This document shows, one piece after another, positions 38,493-49,210 of a stretch of 49,476 bases of DNA. The notes below the pieces were generated by a model that saw only the letters and a list, made by a program, of their open reading frames with translations, did not search any database and was not told where the DNA came from. The translations under genes were made by a program, and so were the position numbers. How positions within the stretch are numbered: position 1 is the stretch's first letter; each line of letters begins with the position of its first letter. Source of the DNA: Candidatus Pelearchaeum maunauluense (GTDB lineage Archaea; Thermoproteota; Nitrososphaeria_A; Caldarchaeales; Caldarchaeaceae); NCBI GenBank assembly GCA_030059675.1, contig JANVYQ010000012.1, positions 1-49,476 on the forward strand. The letters are read 5' to 3'.

Positions 38493-39302
38493 CTAGCTTA
38501 CGTAGTCAGGTCTCCTCCTGGAGAGCTGGTACTCCCCCTCGAGCTCCGCGACAAGCCTCCTAAGCTCATGATTGCTACTCATCTCAGCATCCAGCCTCTC
38601 GCGGTAAGCCTCGCTCTGAAGCTTAAGGTCATGCAAATCCAGAGACACCTCCATAAGCTCCAATAACCGCCGCGCAACGTGGTATATCGTCTGCAAGTCA
38701 GCTCCAGATAGATAGTATGGCGAATGTCCCCACAAACTAATCGCCTCCACACCAAGCTCCCTACACCTATAAAGTATCAAGCTATGCACGCTGCTCGGCC
38801 CCTCGTAGTCCGTAGGCTCCAAGTCCAGCATCCTCAACCTGTCAAGAACACGCTCCGAGTTGGTTGCAAACGAGACCAAAGGCTCCACAGTATGAGGAAC
38901 CCTGTCAAGCAGGCCGCCAACCGTAAAAACCCTAACAACACGAAAGCGCTCAACAACATGAAGAATAGCCTCAACATAATCCATCCAATTCAAATTAGGC
39001 TCATGGCCCAAAAATAATATCAACCCCCGCCCAACAGCCTGCTCCGCGTAGTAGAACTCGTTTCTAGGCATCTCATAGCTGCGCAGAACTCCGTCCCTAT
39101 AGCGCACTTGTGGTCTTTTGGACGTGAAGTCATAAAACCTGCTGGGCGCTATCTCACCCAGTTTACCCGCACCCAACCGCGTAATCAGATATGTGAGAAC
39201 ACCACTGGAGACCTCTCCACCATTAGGCCAGCCATGAAAACCAACGACCATATACGGCTCGCGGAGCTCAGGCTCCAAGAATAGGCGCAAGTCGTCGCTC
39301 AT
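38493..39302 (-). CDS. PAC2-family (proteasome assembly chaperone-like) protein
   Basis: GF.GWPNGG, FYDFT..RP, GHEPNL.W, YEGP; GGAGGGG SD before ATG at 39302. Confidence 0.85.
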   Translation of the reverse strand: MSDDLRLFLEPELREPYMVVGFHGWPNGGEVSSGVLTYLITRLGAGKLGEIAPSRFYDFTSKRPQVRYRDGVLRSYEMPRNEFYYAEQAVGRGLILFLGHEPNLNWMDYVEAILHVVERFRVVRVFTVGGLLDRVPHTVEPLVSFATNSERVLDRLRMLDLEPTDYEGPSSVHSLILYRCRELGVEAISLWGHSPYYLSGADLQTIYHVARRLLELMEVSLDLHDLKLQSEAYRERLDAEMSSNHELRRLVAELEGEYQLSRRRPDYVS

Positions 39303-39423
39303 GGCAGCCCCTCCAAAAAGCCCCGATAAGCAACAAATATATGATTCTCCAAAATACCCGCATTCTTCCAAGGCTCCAGCCATCCTTAAATAAAACTAGC
39401 ACATAAACCACAGACAGGAAGAC

Positions 39424-39834
39424 ATGCCCCGCGAATTCACATACAGAGGCTACACACTAGAACAACTACAGCAGATGAGCATGGACAGCTTCATACGCCT
39501 ACTCCCCAGCAGAATGCGGAGAAGCCTAAACAGAGGACTAACACAAGCCCAACTTAAGCTACTCGCAAAAATCAGAAAGTACCGCAAGCAACTAGAAGCA
39601 GGCCAAAAACCAACAAAACCAATAAAAACAAACGCGAGAGACATGATAATCCTACCAGAAATGGTGGGACTAACAATACACATACACAACGGAAAAGAAT
39701 TCCAACCAGTAGAAATCAAACCCGAAATGATAGGACACCGCCTAGGAGAATTCGCAATCACAAACAAACCAGTCAAACACGGAAGAGCAGGAGTAGGAGC
39801 AACCAGAAGCTCAATGTACGTCCCGTTGAAGTGA
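39424..39834 (+). CDS. rps19: 30S ribosomal protein uS19
   Basis: [35 protein letters not shown]. Confidence 0.97.
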   Translation: MPREFTYRGYTLEQLQQMSMDSFIRLLPSRMRRSLNRGLTQAQLKLLAKIRKYRKQLEAGQKPTKPIKTNARDMIILPEMVGLTIHIHNGKEFQPVEIKPEMIGHRLGEFAITNKPVKHGRAGVGATRSSMYVPLK

Positions 39835-40502
39835 CGAAAAAACAGGGATTCTTTCGTCGAAATGATAAATTCATAGTGCTTCTTCCCAGGTTTGTCTAAC
39901 TTTAATCTTCTGCTTCGATAATTACTTCCTCGGTGGTGTACTTTACTTTTTACCTCGTCTAACGTCTTGAAAGGTTTCGAACCATGTTTCTCTAATTATT
40001 TCTTCGGGTGCAAAGCCTAGTGTTAATTCAAACATATCTATATTTCTATAGCTGAACAACAAAATTCCTGAGTTGTCTGACAATACAGTATAAGCATCTA
40101 TTATCTTTAGTTTTTTAATGCTTGAGCATATCTTATGTGGTCTTCATAGTTGTTGGCAAAGCACTCCTATATGTCGCGTAGCGGTAATTATTCATTAGGC
40201 AAACTAGAGATCCTAAACATCGTGCTTAGATAGCAAGAACATGGCGTGATCATGTACAACCTGCTAAAAAGCGTTAAAAAGGCTAAGAATAATAGTATAC
40301 CTATATGGTATTGCCAGATATCTCAGAAATTTCACTCATAGGTTATAATGGACAAACCAGTGCTAACGCAGAAAGGACCTAGCGAATACGTCTATTAGGA
40401 TTTTACCTACGGAGGTAATTAAAGAAAAACGATTTGAAGATTTCAATAGCGTAGGACGCCGGAACATAATCAAATACATTACGTTACAGGATATTTCTTG
40501 GA

Positions 40503-40907
40503 TTAGATGGAAATTGTGTGATCGAATCTTCTTAATTTCCCCTTTCTCTTCATTTCTGAGTATTTTTTCTTAAGTAGGTTAATTCCGTCGCCCTCGAATA
40601 TTATAACCCCCTCTTCCAGCGCATCAACTAGCATGGCGTTTCCAGCTTCGAGCATCTTCAAGGCCTCGTCCAGCCTATATGGATGTGGTTCAACTGGCTC
40701 GGATATATTCTCAGTCATCTCCAGCAGTTTTCTAAGCCGCTCTAGATATGGCTCCCCGAAGTCGCCGATTATTAGAATGTCGACGTCGCTCCAGGGAGCA
40801 TAGTCACCCCTAGCCCTAGACCCGAATAGGATGACGCCATCGATACAATATACTCTCTTTACCCGCTCAATATATTTCATGATTTTTTCTAATAATCTAC
40901 TTTCCAA
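40503..40907 (-). CDS. MNT nucleotidyltransferase (pair 5)
   Basis: LFGSRARGDYAPWSDVDILII. Confidence 0.92.
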   Translation of the reverse strand: MESRLLEKIMKYIERVKRVYCIDGVILFGSRARGDYAPWSDVDILIIGDFGEPYLERLRKLLEMTENISEPVEPHPYRLDEALKMLEAGNAMLVDALEEGVIIFEGDGINLLKKKYSEMKRKGKLRRFDHTISI

Positions 40908-41295
40908 GCCTCAGCTTCACAAAAGAGATTATCTTCTCGGCATTACTAATAGCTTCCTCAGAGGCTTTCTCGTCATAGGCCTCGTGGGAAGTTCCCGCTG
41001 GATGTGCGTTGGGGTAACGGGCTGGTATGTAGTGTCTATCAAGCTCCCTAGCTGGTCCAATTAATCCGACAGCCTCTTTATCAGAGGTTAACTGAATATA
41101 TCTCTCAATAAGAACCCTTACGCTATGCCCCCAAGACGCTTGGTTAATTGAGAAGAGCAGCGCCTTTACCGCCTTCTCAGCCGCCTGCTGCGCGTAGAAG
41201 CAAGAAGCGTTATACCTACCATTACGGTGAAGCAGGCTGGCTGTCTCTAAATCCCATTCAGCGTCTGAGAGCCACCTGTCAGCTTCTCCCCTCAT
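40897..41295 (-). CDS. HEPN domain protein (pair 5)
   Basis: CFYAQQAAEKAVKA, WGHS, LDRHYIPARYPNAH. Confidence 0.92.
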   Translation of the reverse strand: MRGEADRWLSDAEWDLETASLLHRNGRYNASCFYAQQAAEKAVKALLFSINQASWGHSVRVLIERYIQLTSDKEAVGLIGPARELDRHYIPARYPNAHPAGTSHEAYDEKASEEAISNAEKIISFVKLRLGK

Positions 41296-41589
41296 ATACG
41301 ATAAAATAACAGGAGCCGTTTTTACTTAATCCTTTAGAACAGAGACCGACAACTTAAGGTGCTGAGTTTTACCTTCTACTCTACCTTGAGAGGCCAGCTT
41401 TATAGGGCTTCGCAACGCTGAACTTCGACAAGAGGCCTCTGAATACAGTAGCCCATAATAATATAACGTGGCTTTCTACCGTGATGTAGAAAAGTAAAAA
41501 AGGATTTTTGATAGATTTATATTATGCTGAAATCTCTTAATATTTCAAACAAGTCTTAAAATTAAGAAAATATGTTGTTGGATGTTTGT

Positions 41590-42375
41590 TTAGCATCTGG
41601 GTTTTCTTGGTGGGCATGTGCCGCCGTTTCCCCCGTCTCCATAGGGTGCTTCAAGGCCTAGTTTGTCTCCTACTCCTAGAGTTCTCTTATGGGTCTCTCC
41701 TTCCCATAATACGTATGTATGCATCGTTAGATAGGTGTCTTGGTCGACGTGGTCTAGGCCGACTGCATGGCCTGTCTCGTGAGCAGCAACATCTTCTATA
41801 TCAAACCCGCCAGTCTGCTCACCGCAAATGAGAGTTTGAAACACCTTCCATGAATCATAGCTGTCGAACCGTATCTCTACGTACACAATCTTCTTACCTG
41901 GCACGGTATATGTGAGGGAGGCTGAGGCTAGCGCACCACCAGGACCATCCATAGGCTCCCAGGAAACAACAATCCTAGCATCAGCCTTACTGGTGGCTTG
42001 TGTGAAGAAATCACCAGCTGGATGCTCTTCAGCGTCCCACGTACTAAAAGCGCTCTCCACAGCTGTGATAGCAGCTAAGGCATCATGACCATCTATATCT
42101 CCATCCCCATCCACATCACTACTAGCAGTCGGGTCAATGTAATATGTTACTGGAAATTCCTTCCATTTCAACCCGCCACTAATCTGTCTATACTTATCAC
42201 CTGTGACAGAGCATGGCTCGCCATCGCCGCTTGAGTCGCCACCTGCGTGCACAGGCCTGTAATAGTCTACGAATTTTATACGCTCCAGCTGTGGTGCACT
42301 TGCTGTGCTAATAAGCACAGTTAGCCATAGCAGCATGATAAGAGATACAAATACCGCGAGCAAGGACTTCTTCAA
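41590..42375 (-). CDS. secreted matrixin-like (metzincin) metalloprotease
   Basis: HETGHAVGLDH (HExxHxxGxxH) plus Met-turn, signal peptide, DVDGDGDID Ca-binding-like loop. Confidence 0.88.
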   Translation of the reverse strand: MKKSLLAVFVSLIMLLWLTVLISTASAPQLERIKFVDYYRPVHAGGDSSGDGEPCSVTGDKYRQISGGLKWKEFPVTYYIDPTASSDVDGDGDIDGHDALAAITAVESAFSTWDAEEHPAGDFFTQATSKADARIVVSWEPMDGPGGALASASLTYTVPGKKIVYVEIRFDSYDSWKVFQTLICGEQTGGFDIEDVAAHETGHAVGLDHVDQDTYLTMHTYVLWEGETHKRTLGVGDKLGLEAPYGDGGNGGTCPPRKPRC

Positions 42376-42478
42376 ATCTTACAACACTTCTATAATGACT
42401 ACCTTATACCCCCTTACTCCATACACATACGGATGCTGATTCGTAGTTCCTCCTTTCCCCCTTTTAAAAGCGCCCAAC

Positions 42479-43267
42479 CTAACGCGTATTAGTTCTTTTT
42501 GTGTTAAAGTTGGTTTGTAGCCAGCTTTTGTAAAATTGTTTTATTGTTTTTGTAAATGTCGAGCCACCTTCACCTTCACGTTCCTGCGCTGCTAAATAAT
42601 CACATACTATTAGAGCATCTAAGAGTATAAAAGAGAGTTTCTTTAAATTGATGTTACTGGGTGAAAGTACTAGTTTTTTGATGAGCTTATAATGTAAAGT
42701 CTCTATGCCATTTCTGTTTAACCTAGGTGGAAGCATTTTAAGACTCTTCTCTAATATATTTTGGTCATCTTTCTTCAAGAATATCGATAAAACATCTTTA
42801 AGCTTATTCAAATATAATGCATTATGGACAGAAGGTAACCTATTTATAGCTCTGGCTCTTGCACGTGGATTCATAGCGTGATGATGATACATAACTGCAA
42901 ATACAACAGCTAAGTAAGATTCATCACCGAGAAGATTTTTCATCTTCTCGGTGACGAATAGGTCGGCGAGTAAAGCTGATATGAATTCATGACCATAGAA
43001 ACTCAAGTAAACGCTTTTACTATTTTTTATCAAATATTTCTCTGATTGAAAGAATGCCTTCCCAGCATCGTGGAAGATTATTGCATAACTCAGTAACTGA
43101 TGAAAATCATCCACAGTCATCTTATCATGTACGAATCTACCAAGCCTGGATTCATTCACCATCTCAATGCGTTTGAGGGCATTGTGTATATGCTCTTCTA
43201 ACAGTTCTTTGTATTCCCTTTTTGTTTCATCAATTTTATAATAGCTTAATATGTTATGCCACTTCAT
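42479..43267 (-). CDS. cas3'': CRISPR-associated HD nuclease Cas3''
   Basis: EEH, FHDAGKA, HEFISA, YHHH, CDYLAA. Confidence 0.92.
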   Translation of the reverse strand: MKWHNILSYYKIDETKREYKELLEEHIHNALKRIEMVNESRLGRFVHDKMTVDDFHQLLSYAIIFHDAGKAFFQSEKYLIKNSKSVYLSFYGHEFISALLADLFVTEKMKNLLGDESYLAVVFAVMYHHHAMNPRARARAINRLPSVHNALYLNKLKDVLSIFLKKDDQNILEKSLKMLPPRLNRNGIETLHYKLIKKLVLSPSNINLKKLSFILLDALIVCDYLAAQEREGEGGSTFTKTIKQFYKSWLQTNFNTKRTNTR

Positions 43268-44951
43268 GCTCGTCGCCTATTTCCATGACAAGCCCTAACT
43301 CAGAATCATAGTAGCCTTCTATGACAAAAGCCTTAATATTACTCCTAAAGAGAAATCTAATGGCCGAACTCTTTTTCATTAATTTCCTCGTATCATCTTG
43401 AGATATCTTTTGAACTTTTTCTAGTCCTTCTGAGACAAAGCCCTTAACTTTCCCAAGCTCTAATAGTTTCTTAAACATGCTGTAAGATATCGGTACTCCT
43501 TCTTCATGAGTATCCCCAGTTATGACTGGAATATTAAATCCTTCTCTTACAAAACTGCCTTCTTTCTGTAAGAAAAGTTCAACAGCTTTAGATATGTCCT
43601 CAAATTCTAGAAAAGGACGGAGCATTTCATCAACATCATGCCTATTAACCTGATTTAGCTCGCCTTCATATGTTTTATCTATCAATGACCTATAACCATT
43701 CTCGCCGCACGGGATATGTAAGTTAAGCTTCTCCGTATTTTCTTTGATAAAGTTCAGTGTTCTTTTGCAAAGTTCCGCATCATAGACTTTATATCTACCC
43801 TTCTCGTTGAGAGTATCTTCATACCACACATACGCTGTTCCTTCATCTTCTTTATCATATCTTAGAAAACGCCCGAAACGTTGTATTAGTGAGTTGGCTG
43901 GAGACAGCTCTGTTATGAGCAAGTTTGAGGAGATGTCTAGACCTGCCTCTATAGATTGAGTACCAACTATTACATAGCTGTTATTTTTACGCAATCTAGC
44001 AAGTGCTTTTTGTTTCTCCTCCTTATCTACTGTGGAGAACCTAGAATGGAGAAGAAGCTTGTTACTGTCATCTACTAGCTTATAGAACGCTATAGCGTCT
44101 CTAACTGTATTAAATACAACAAGAGCTTTCCTAAAGCCATTAGCTTTTCCTTCTTCAAGCCAAGAGAGTAGGGTATTAAACTTGTTAGAAGGATTAAGCT
44201 CTCTCACGTTAATATTATATTTCTTGTTGAGGCGCTCATTTATGAAATCTCTATCCTTGTCGTCAAACTCTATCCACTCGATTTTGCTACGATATCTATC
44301 TAAGCTATTCTCTATTATCTGTTTGAAATACCGTGATAATGTTGCCGACATCAGAATTATTCTTTGCCCATTACGTATAGTGTATTCAATTAGGGCTATC
44401 AAATATGTTAAGGATTTTGTCGAGTCTGCTAAAAGATGTACTTCATCTAGAACTATATCGGATAAAAGTATAGATGACCGTGAGAATAGATAATGCCCCA
44501 TGGTTTTGTGTGTTGTCCCACTCCACTCATCCCAGTTACCTATTACTTTGTTTAAGTCCTCTGGAGCAAGTCCAAACATGGTAAGAGATAAAGTATCAAC
44601 GGTGGTTAGTGTAATTGGTTTAATCAAATATGGAGAATCTGGTTCATGCATATACTTCTTACCCAACATATCGTCATTTTTCTTTACTATGTTCTCATAA
44701 AGCTTCGTAAACTGGTCTTCAAGAAGAACTCTAAGAGGAAAAACCACTATGAGCTTTCCATTATCTCTGAATGTTTTTAACGCGAGAGATGCGGTTATGC
44801 TTGATTTTCCATATCCTGTAGGAGCCTCAACCACGAATAAGTTCTTATCATTCCATCTACTGTCTAAAACCTCCATAGCCTCCGAGATGAAGGGTCTCTT
44901 ATCCTGATAATTAAAGAAGGAAATGGTATCCTTATAACAATCTCTCAACAT
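43254..44951 (-). CDS. cas3': CRISPR-associated helicase Cas3'
   Basis: APTGYGKS, LDEVH, MSAT, LHSRF, EAGLDIS, QRFGR. Confidence 0.95.
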   Translation of the reverse strand: MLRDCYKDTISFFNYQDKRPFISEAMEVLDSRWNDKNLFVVEAPTGYGKSSITASLALKTFRDNGKLIVVFPLRVLLEDQFTKLYENIVKKNDDMLGKKYMHEPDSPYLIKPITLTTVDTLSLTMFGLAPEDLNKVIGNWDEWSGTTHKTMGHYLFSRSSILLSDIVLDEVHLLADSTKSLTYLIALIEYTIRNGQRIILMSATLSRYFKQIIENSLDRYRSKIEWIEFDDKDRDFINERLNKKYNINVRELNPSNKFNTLLSWLEEGKANGFRKALVVFNTVRDAIAFYKLVDDSNKLLLHSRFSTVDKEEKQKALARLRKNNSYVIVGTQSIEAGLDISSNLLITELSPANSLIQRFGRFLRYDKEDEGTAYVWYEDTLNEKGRYKVYDAELCKRTLNFIKENTEKLNLHIPCGENGYRSLIDKTYEGELNQVNRHDVDEMLRPFLEFEDISKAVELFLQKEGSFVREGFNIPVITGDTHEEGVPISYSMFKKLLELGKVKGFVSEGLEKVQKISQDDTRKLMKKSSAIRFLFRSNIKAFVIEGYYDSELGLVMEIGDEHEVA

Positions 44952-46110
44952 TGCTTATCTCCCTTATTAGCTCATAGTAAACCCTAGAATGATATCTAGA
45001 TTTTTCATCATTCCTAATCTTAACATACGCATTATGCAACTCTCGCAACATTACCATTAAACCCTGCTTATCATCTAAAACCACAAATCTATATAAGCCA
45101 TAAATCGCAGATAGCAGGTTGTTATACTCCACATTCTCATTTCTCTGCAATCTCTTTAGTATAATCCCATCAGGATGAATAATGTTGTTTAGAATTTTAA
45201 AAATTTCACGCTCCTTTCGTCTATAGACTGTTAGTGGTATTATCTCGTAGGTTTTATAGGTGTTCCCCTCCTGAGCAACTTTAAGAAGCAGCGTCGAAAC
45301 ATATTCAACACTTTGATTTGAAAGAAGCTCTTGTAACCTTGTGTTAACTAAAATCTCTGCAATTATTAATTCTTCACTAAACCGTTTACGAATTATCTGC
45401 TCTAAAAAATCCTTTAATTGGTCTTTAATTAAAAATCTATCCCTAGTATCCGTTTTTGTCGCAATAACTTCATTAATTTCATCGGGTGAGATAAATAGAA
45501 AATAATAATATATTTTCTTGTTTTCAGATACTCTAGTTATGAACGAAGAGTATATCCCAAGTAGGGCTATTAGCATGGCTTCTTTAGATAGATACGTCGT
45601 TAATTGTTTGTTAGTGTAGTTGTATTCTGTTGAGGTAAGGCCTGTGTATCGTTCTGTCTTAAAGAGCTGAAGTGTAAGTCCCTCTTTTTTAGTATCTTTA
45701 ATTTCACCGATGGTAACGTCTTTTCCACGCAATGAGCTAGAAAGGTCTATTTTGTTAGATAAATTAGTTAATACTTCAGCGTGTTCTTTAAGTATATGAA
45801 GTAATTCACCATATGTATTTATCTTATTACGATGTCTTATGTTTAACATCTCTTGAAGAAGGTTAATTGATGGTGCGTCATTCTTACCTACAGTTGAAAG
45901 TTGTTTAATTCTCTCTATCCTATTATCATCAAGTTCGCTATATGCTTTAGAAAATGCTTTATTGGGAATTATCAGTGTTGAATTTTCTACTGTTATGGAT
46001 GATGTCGATAGATTAATTAGGTATAATAATCCCTCGCATATGAGGAGATTTGTTAGCGTGTTGTTAGGTGGAATTGCTAGTTTTATTTCTATGGTTTGCG
46101 ATTCGGACAT
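44932..46110 (-). CDS. cas8a: type I-A large subunit Cas8a (Csa4-like)
   Basis: position between cas5 and cas3', size; sequence recognition weak. Confidence 0.7.
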   Translation of the reverse strand: MSESQTIEIKLAIPPNNTLTNLLICEGLLYLINLSTSSITVENSTLIIPNKAFSKAYSELDDNRIERIKQLSTVGKNDAPSINLLQEMLNIRHRNKINTYGELLHILKEHAEVLTNLSNKIDLSSSLRGKDVTIGEIKDTKKEGLTLQLFKTERYTGLTSTEYNYTNKQLTTYLSKEAMLIALLGIYSSFITRVSENKKIYYYFLFISPDEINEVIATKTDTRDRFLIKDQLKDFLEQIIRKRFSEELIIAEILVNTRLQELLSNQSVEYVSTLLLKVAQEGNTYKTYEIIPLTVYRRKEREIFKILNNIIHPDGIILKRLQRNENVEYNNLLSAIYGLYRFVVLDDKQGLMVMLRELHNAYVKIRNDEKSRYHSRVYYELIREISNVERLL

Positions 46111-46937
46111 AAGCCAATCACCTTTTCATCTTCGTTCAGTTCATATATGCATAGATTGTGGGAGAGTTCAAGCATATAAAGAGGAGAATCATCAGGCCCC
46201 ATCATTATAGGTAAGTAGTATTTCACTATGTTTTGGCCAGCGAGATAATTTCTTAGTGGGTTGTCGTTTTCATTATAAGCTTTTATTTTAAAGGGATTTA
46301 CAAGGGTCTCAAGGACCCATTTCGGCTGCAGCTCAGAAACCAGCTTCACACCATCAATTAGGGGAAACGAATATGATGTAGTATTTATTCGCCCATTTTT
46401 CACGTCTGGTTGAAAATCAGATACTGTTAGAACAGATACTACGCTTTCTTTGCTTCCTAACCTATGAACACCCCATAAAACTTGTTTATCTAACATAATC
46501 TCATCCCTATCATCAATATCTATTCTATCGTTTTCTAGGACTATATAAATTCTCAATTGGGGTGGTTTTTCGTTTAATGATGCAAGTATTGTCTTCCCCA
46601 TGGCTGGCGCGTCAAAAGAACCGTAGGGGTCGCTAGGTGTCGGATATTTTGTTCCTCCCGTCAGTCTTATTGCTATTAGCTTATTTATGTCTGAAAACTT
46701 TAATGGTATGCAGTTTAATGGCCTTATACCTAACGCCAGTAGATTCTGAGCAAGCTTTGGGATAATCTCTTTTCCTTTATGCTCTCCTAATGCATATTCC
46801 TTTGCTACATACTCGGCTAACGCACCTAGTATAGTAGTTGGTGGGGGATAATAGAAGGACGGTGAGGTCTTCGAGTATCCCACCACCTTAGCTTGAAATC
46901 CCCAGACAAACTCAACATCAACAGTAAATCCTATCAT
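46089..46937 (-). CDS. cas5: type I-A Cas5
   Basis: WGFQAKV.G.SK..PSF.YPPPTTILGALA, RLGSKES. Confidence 0.93.
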   Translation of the reverse strand: MIGFTVDVEFVWGFQAKVVGYSKTSPSFYYPPPTTILGALAEYVAKEYALGEHKGKEIIPKLAQNLLALGIRPLNCIPLKFSDINKLIAIRLTGGTKYPTPSDPYGSFDAPAMGKTILASLNEKPPQLRIYIVLENDRIDIDDRDEIMLDKQVLWGVHRLGSKESVVSVLTVSDFQPDVKNGRINTTSYSFPLIDGVKLVSELQPKWVLETLVNPFKIKAYNENDNPLRNYLAGQNIVKYYLPIMMGPDDSPLYMLELSHNLCIYELNEDEKVIGLCPNRKP

Positions 46938-47899
46938 GACGATTCTATTCTTGATTTTATTTCTTCAATTGCTTCTGCTATGAATTTTTCAAAACTGCCT
47001 TTTTCGAAAGAATATAGCCTTGTGCCATGGTTTATCTTTTCCCGTTTCTCCTCGGCTCTTTTTAGATAATCGTTTGTGAAAGGACTTGGAATAGTCCATA
47101 TTCTATCAGATACTGCTATGGCCATACTTTCCCATTCAGCCAACGGTAGGAAGCGCGTTTTCTTAGCGCCATATCTATTCTCAACTAAGAACGATTCTAC
47201 AGCGTCCAATAGAATTTTTACTCTTTCCAGCTTCTCCGAATTGTTGATAACTTGCTTTCCCGCATTCTCTATATTAAAAGTCAGCTTACCGATATAACGC
47301 GTGTCGATATCCAGGCTGAAGGTGTAGATGGAAGATGAGACCTCAACATAATACAACATTTGTCCCTGATCTTTAACAAACTTTGTGCCAAGGGCGTATC
47401 GGCTATGTAGCTGGGGCTCAATAACTACGTTCCTTAAGCTCTCATAAGTGGGTATCATATATCCTGTGTAGAAGTTTGATGTACGTTTTACGTTGGTTTT
47501 CTCGGCGTAAAGGAATCCACCTATGTCCTCAACTATACATCTACTGATTATGGTCTCTTCTATACTTTCTTCATCAATCTCAGCATCGAATGCTTCTTTA
47601 ACAATCTGTTTATTACTGCTTTTTAGAAATATCTGCTTTTTGCATAGTTTGCATACTGGTTGCGGTGGGTTTGTCTCTTGAGCTTTTTCAGCTATTGTTG
47701 CTTGCAGGCCATGTGCTATGCTTTCTCCTGAGATTGCTGGCGTGAAGTAGATTGCGTAGCTTCCATCGTCTTCTCTTATCATTATTGGTACCCGTCTGTG
47801 TTTTACGTAGTTTCCCACGGATTCTGTCATGTTGAGGGCTTCGGCGTTCAGAGAGACTCTTCCTCTTATGCTTATGAAAACATCTTGCATCTCAATCAC
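46934..47899 (-). CDS. cas7: type I-A Cas7 (Csa2)
   Basis: ALNM.ESVGNY.KHR, PAISGES.AH, VEDIGGFL, GAK.TRFLP. Confidence 0.95.
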   Translation of the reverse strand: MIEMQDVFISIRGRVSLNAEALNMTESVGNYVKHRRVPIMIREDDGSYAIYFTPAISGESIAHGLQATIAEKAQETNPPQPVCKLCKKQIFLKSSNKQIVKEAFDAEIDEESIEETIISRCIVEDIGGFLYAEKTNVKRTSNFYTGYMIPTYESLRNVVIEPQLHSRYALGTKFVKDQGQMLYYVEVSSSIYTFSLDIDTRYIGKLTFNIENAGKQVINNSEKLERVKILLDAVESFLVENRYGAKKTRFLPLAEWESMAIAVSDRIWTIPSPFTNDYLKRAEEKREKINHGTRLYSFEKGSFEKFIAEAIEEIKSRIESS

Positions 47900-48236
47900 C
47901 TCGTTCTATGAATTTTAAAGCTATAGCTAACGCTTTAGCGCATATCAGGGAAACGGCCTCGCGTAGCTCTTTTGTCTTTTCCACATTATTTATCTGCTCC
48001 ACCTCATATTCCAGATAGTTTGGGTTAATGCTCTGCATAAGTTCAGCAGCAGCGTTGGGCATCTCCTTCGGCGGTGAGCGTTTAAGAGCGTGGAATGCTC
48101 TTATAGCCTCTCTTAGGTAATACATTACTAAGGGCTTTGAGTGAGTATAGCCAAGCCTATCTATGTAATGATAATCCCCGCCATGCGCCAGAACGGCTAG
48201 GACTTGCGGTATTTGTTTATACCTAATCTCATTCAT
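47892..48236 (-). CDS. csa5: type I-A small subunit Csa5 (Cas11)
   Basis: YIDRLG, YLREAIR, first gene of the Cascade operon. Confidence 0.8.
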   Translation of the reverse strand: MNEIRYKQIPQVLAVLAHGGDYHYIDRLGYTHSKPLVMYYLREAIRAFHALKRSPPKEMPNAAAELMQSINPNYLEYEVEQINNVEKTKELREAVSLICAKALAIALKFIERGD

Positions 48237-48348
48237 GAACGCTATTTTTAGATTTTTCCTTGTTTAAAAGGATTTCTAGTAAAGAATATTCTTATCTTGC
48301 AGTTAAGAATTAAATTGATAAAAAGCATTATTTAGTGTGCTTATCTGA

Positions 48349-49176
48349 ATGGCTGGAGCTGTTGTTGTTAGGTTGCAGGTTTGTTTCACAGTTAGCAAGA
48401 AAGTCGTCATACCTCCTTTCTCTGCTAAAGTTAGCAGACTTATTCTACATAGAGTCTCCAAGTTGTATAATAGGTTGAGCAACCTGCCTAAACCACTGAA
48501 GCCTGTATCAGTCTCTCCACTGCTACATGATGGGATTGCATTAATTAAACTAAAAGGCGATAATCGTCTGCTGACCCTTGATGTTGGCGAGAATTATTAT
48601 TTCTCATGCGGTATGGTTGTTAATGAGGATTTTCCTTTTGATGACCTTCTGTCGTTGGAGAGTTCTATTGTTGATGGAGTTTTTGGTGCCTCGGCCATCC
48701 TGAGGGACATACGAGTCGAAGTTAGGCGTTTTGACTCGTTTGGATTTGAAAAACCTAGGGCTTTAATGCTACGATTCATATCACCCGTCTTGCTTCAGCT
48801 ACCTAGTTTCAGAAGATTCAGACATGGGCGTTATGTCTTCTTCCCCTTCCCTTCGCTCATAATTGGCTCTCTAGCCGAGCACTGGAACAGTAATTGTGAC
48901 AAGAGTCTTTTCATAAAAAGTCCCTCATACCTCTCACTATATTCCAACTATGTTTTAATGGAGTCCGACTTTAGGATTAGGCCTGTTACTGTTGTTTATG
49001 ATGATAAACGCATGGTTAGAGGTATTATGGGGTGGGTTTTTTATGACCTTAGAAAGAGTCGGAATACTAAATCGTTTAGGCGTATTATGGCTTTGTTAGA
49101 TTATGCCCAGTATGTTGGTATGGGGAAATCTAGGGGAACTGGTTTTGGGCAGGTTAATATAAAGTGCATCTATTAG
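48349..49176 (+). CDS. cas6: CRISPR endoribonuclease Cas6
   Basis: RFISP, PFPSLI..SL, C-terminal GMGKSRGTGFG loop. Confidence 0.93.
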   Translation: MAGAVVVRLQVCFTVSKKVVIPPFSAKVSRLILHRVSKLYNRLSNLPKPLKPVSVSPLLHDGIALIKLKGDNRLLTLDVGENYYFSCGMVVNEDFPFDDLLSLESSIVDGVFGASAILRDIRVEVRRFDSFGFEKPRALMLRFISPVLLQLPSFRRFRHGRYVFFPFPSLIIGSLAEHWNSNCDKSLFIKSPSYLSLYSNYVLMESDFRIRPVTVVYDDKRMVRGIMGWVFYDLRKSRNTKSFRRIMALLDYAQYVGMGKSRGTGFGQVNIKCIY

Positions 49177-49210
49177 TTTTTAATAAATGAGAACTTAGGT
49201 CAGTGGAGTT

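Noticed and set aside
41300-42478. CRISPR array next to the cas genes
   Set aside because: No regularly spaced repeats seen here or elsewhere; tandem repeats at 21538 and 32536 are coding and have no spacers.
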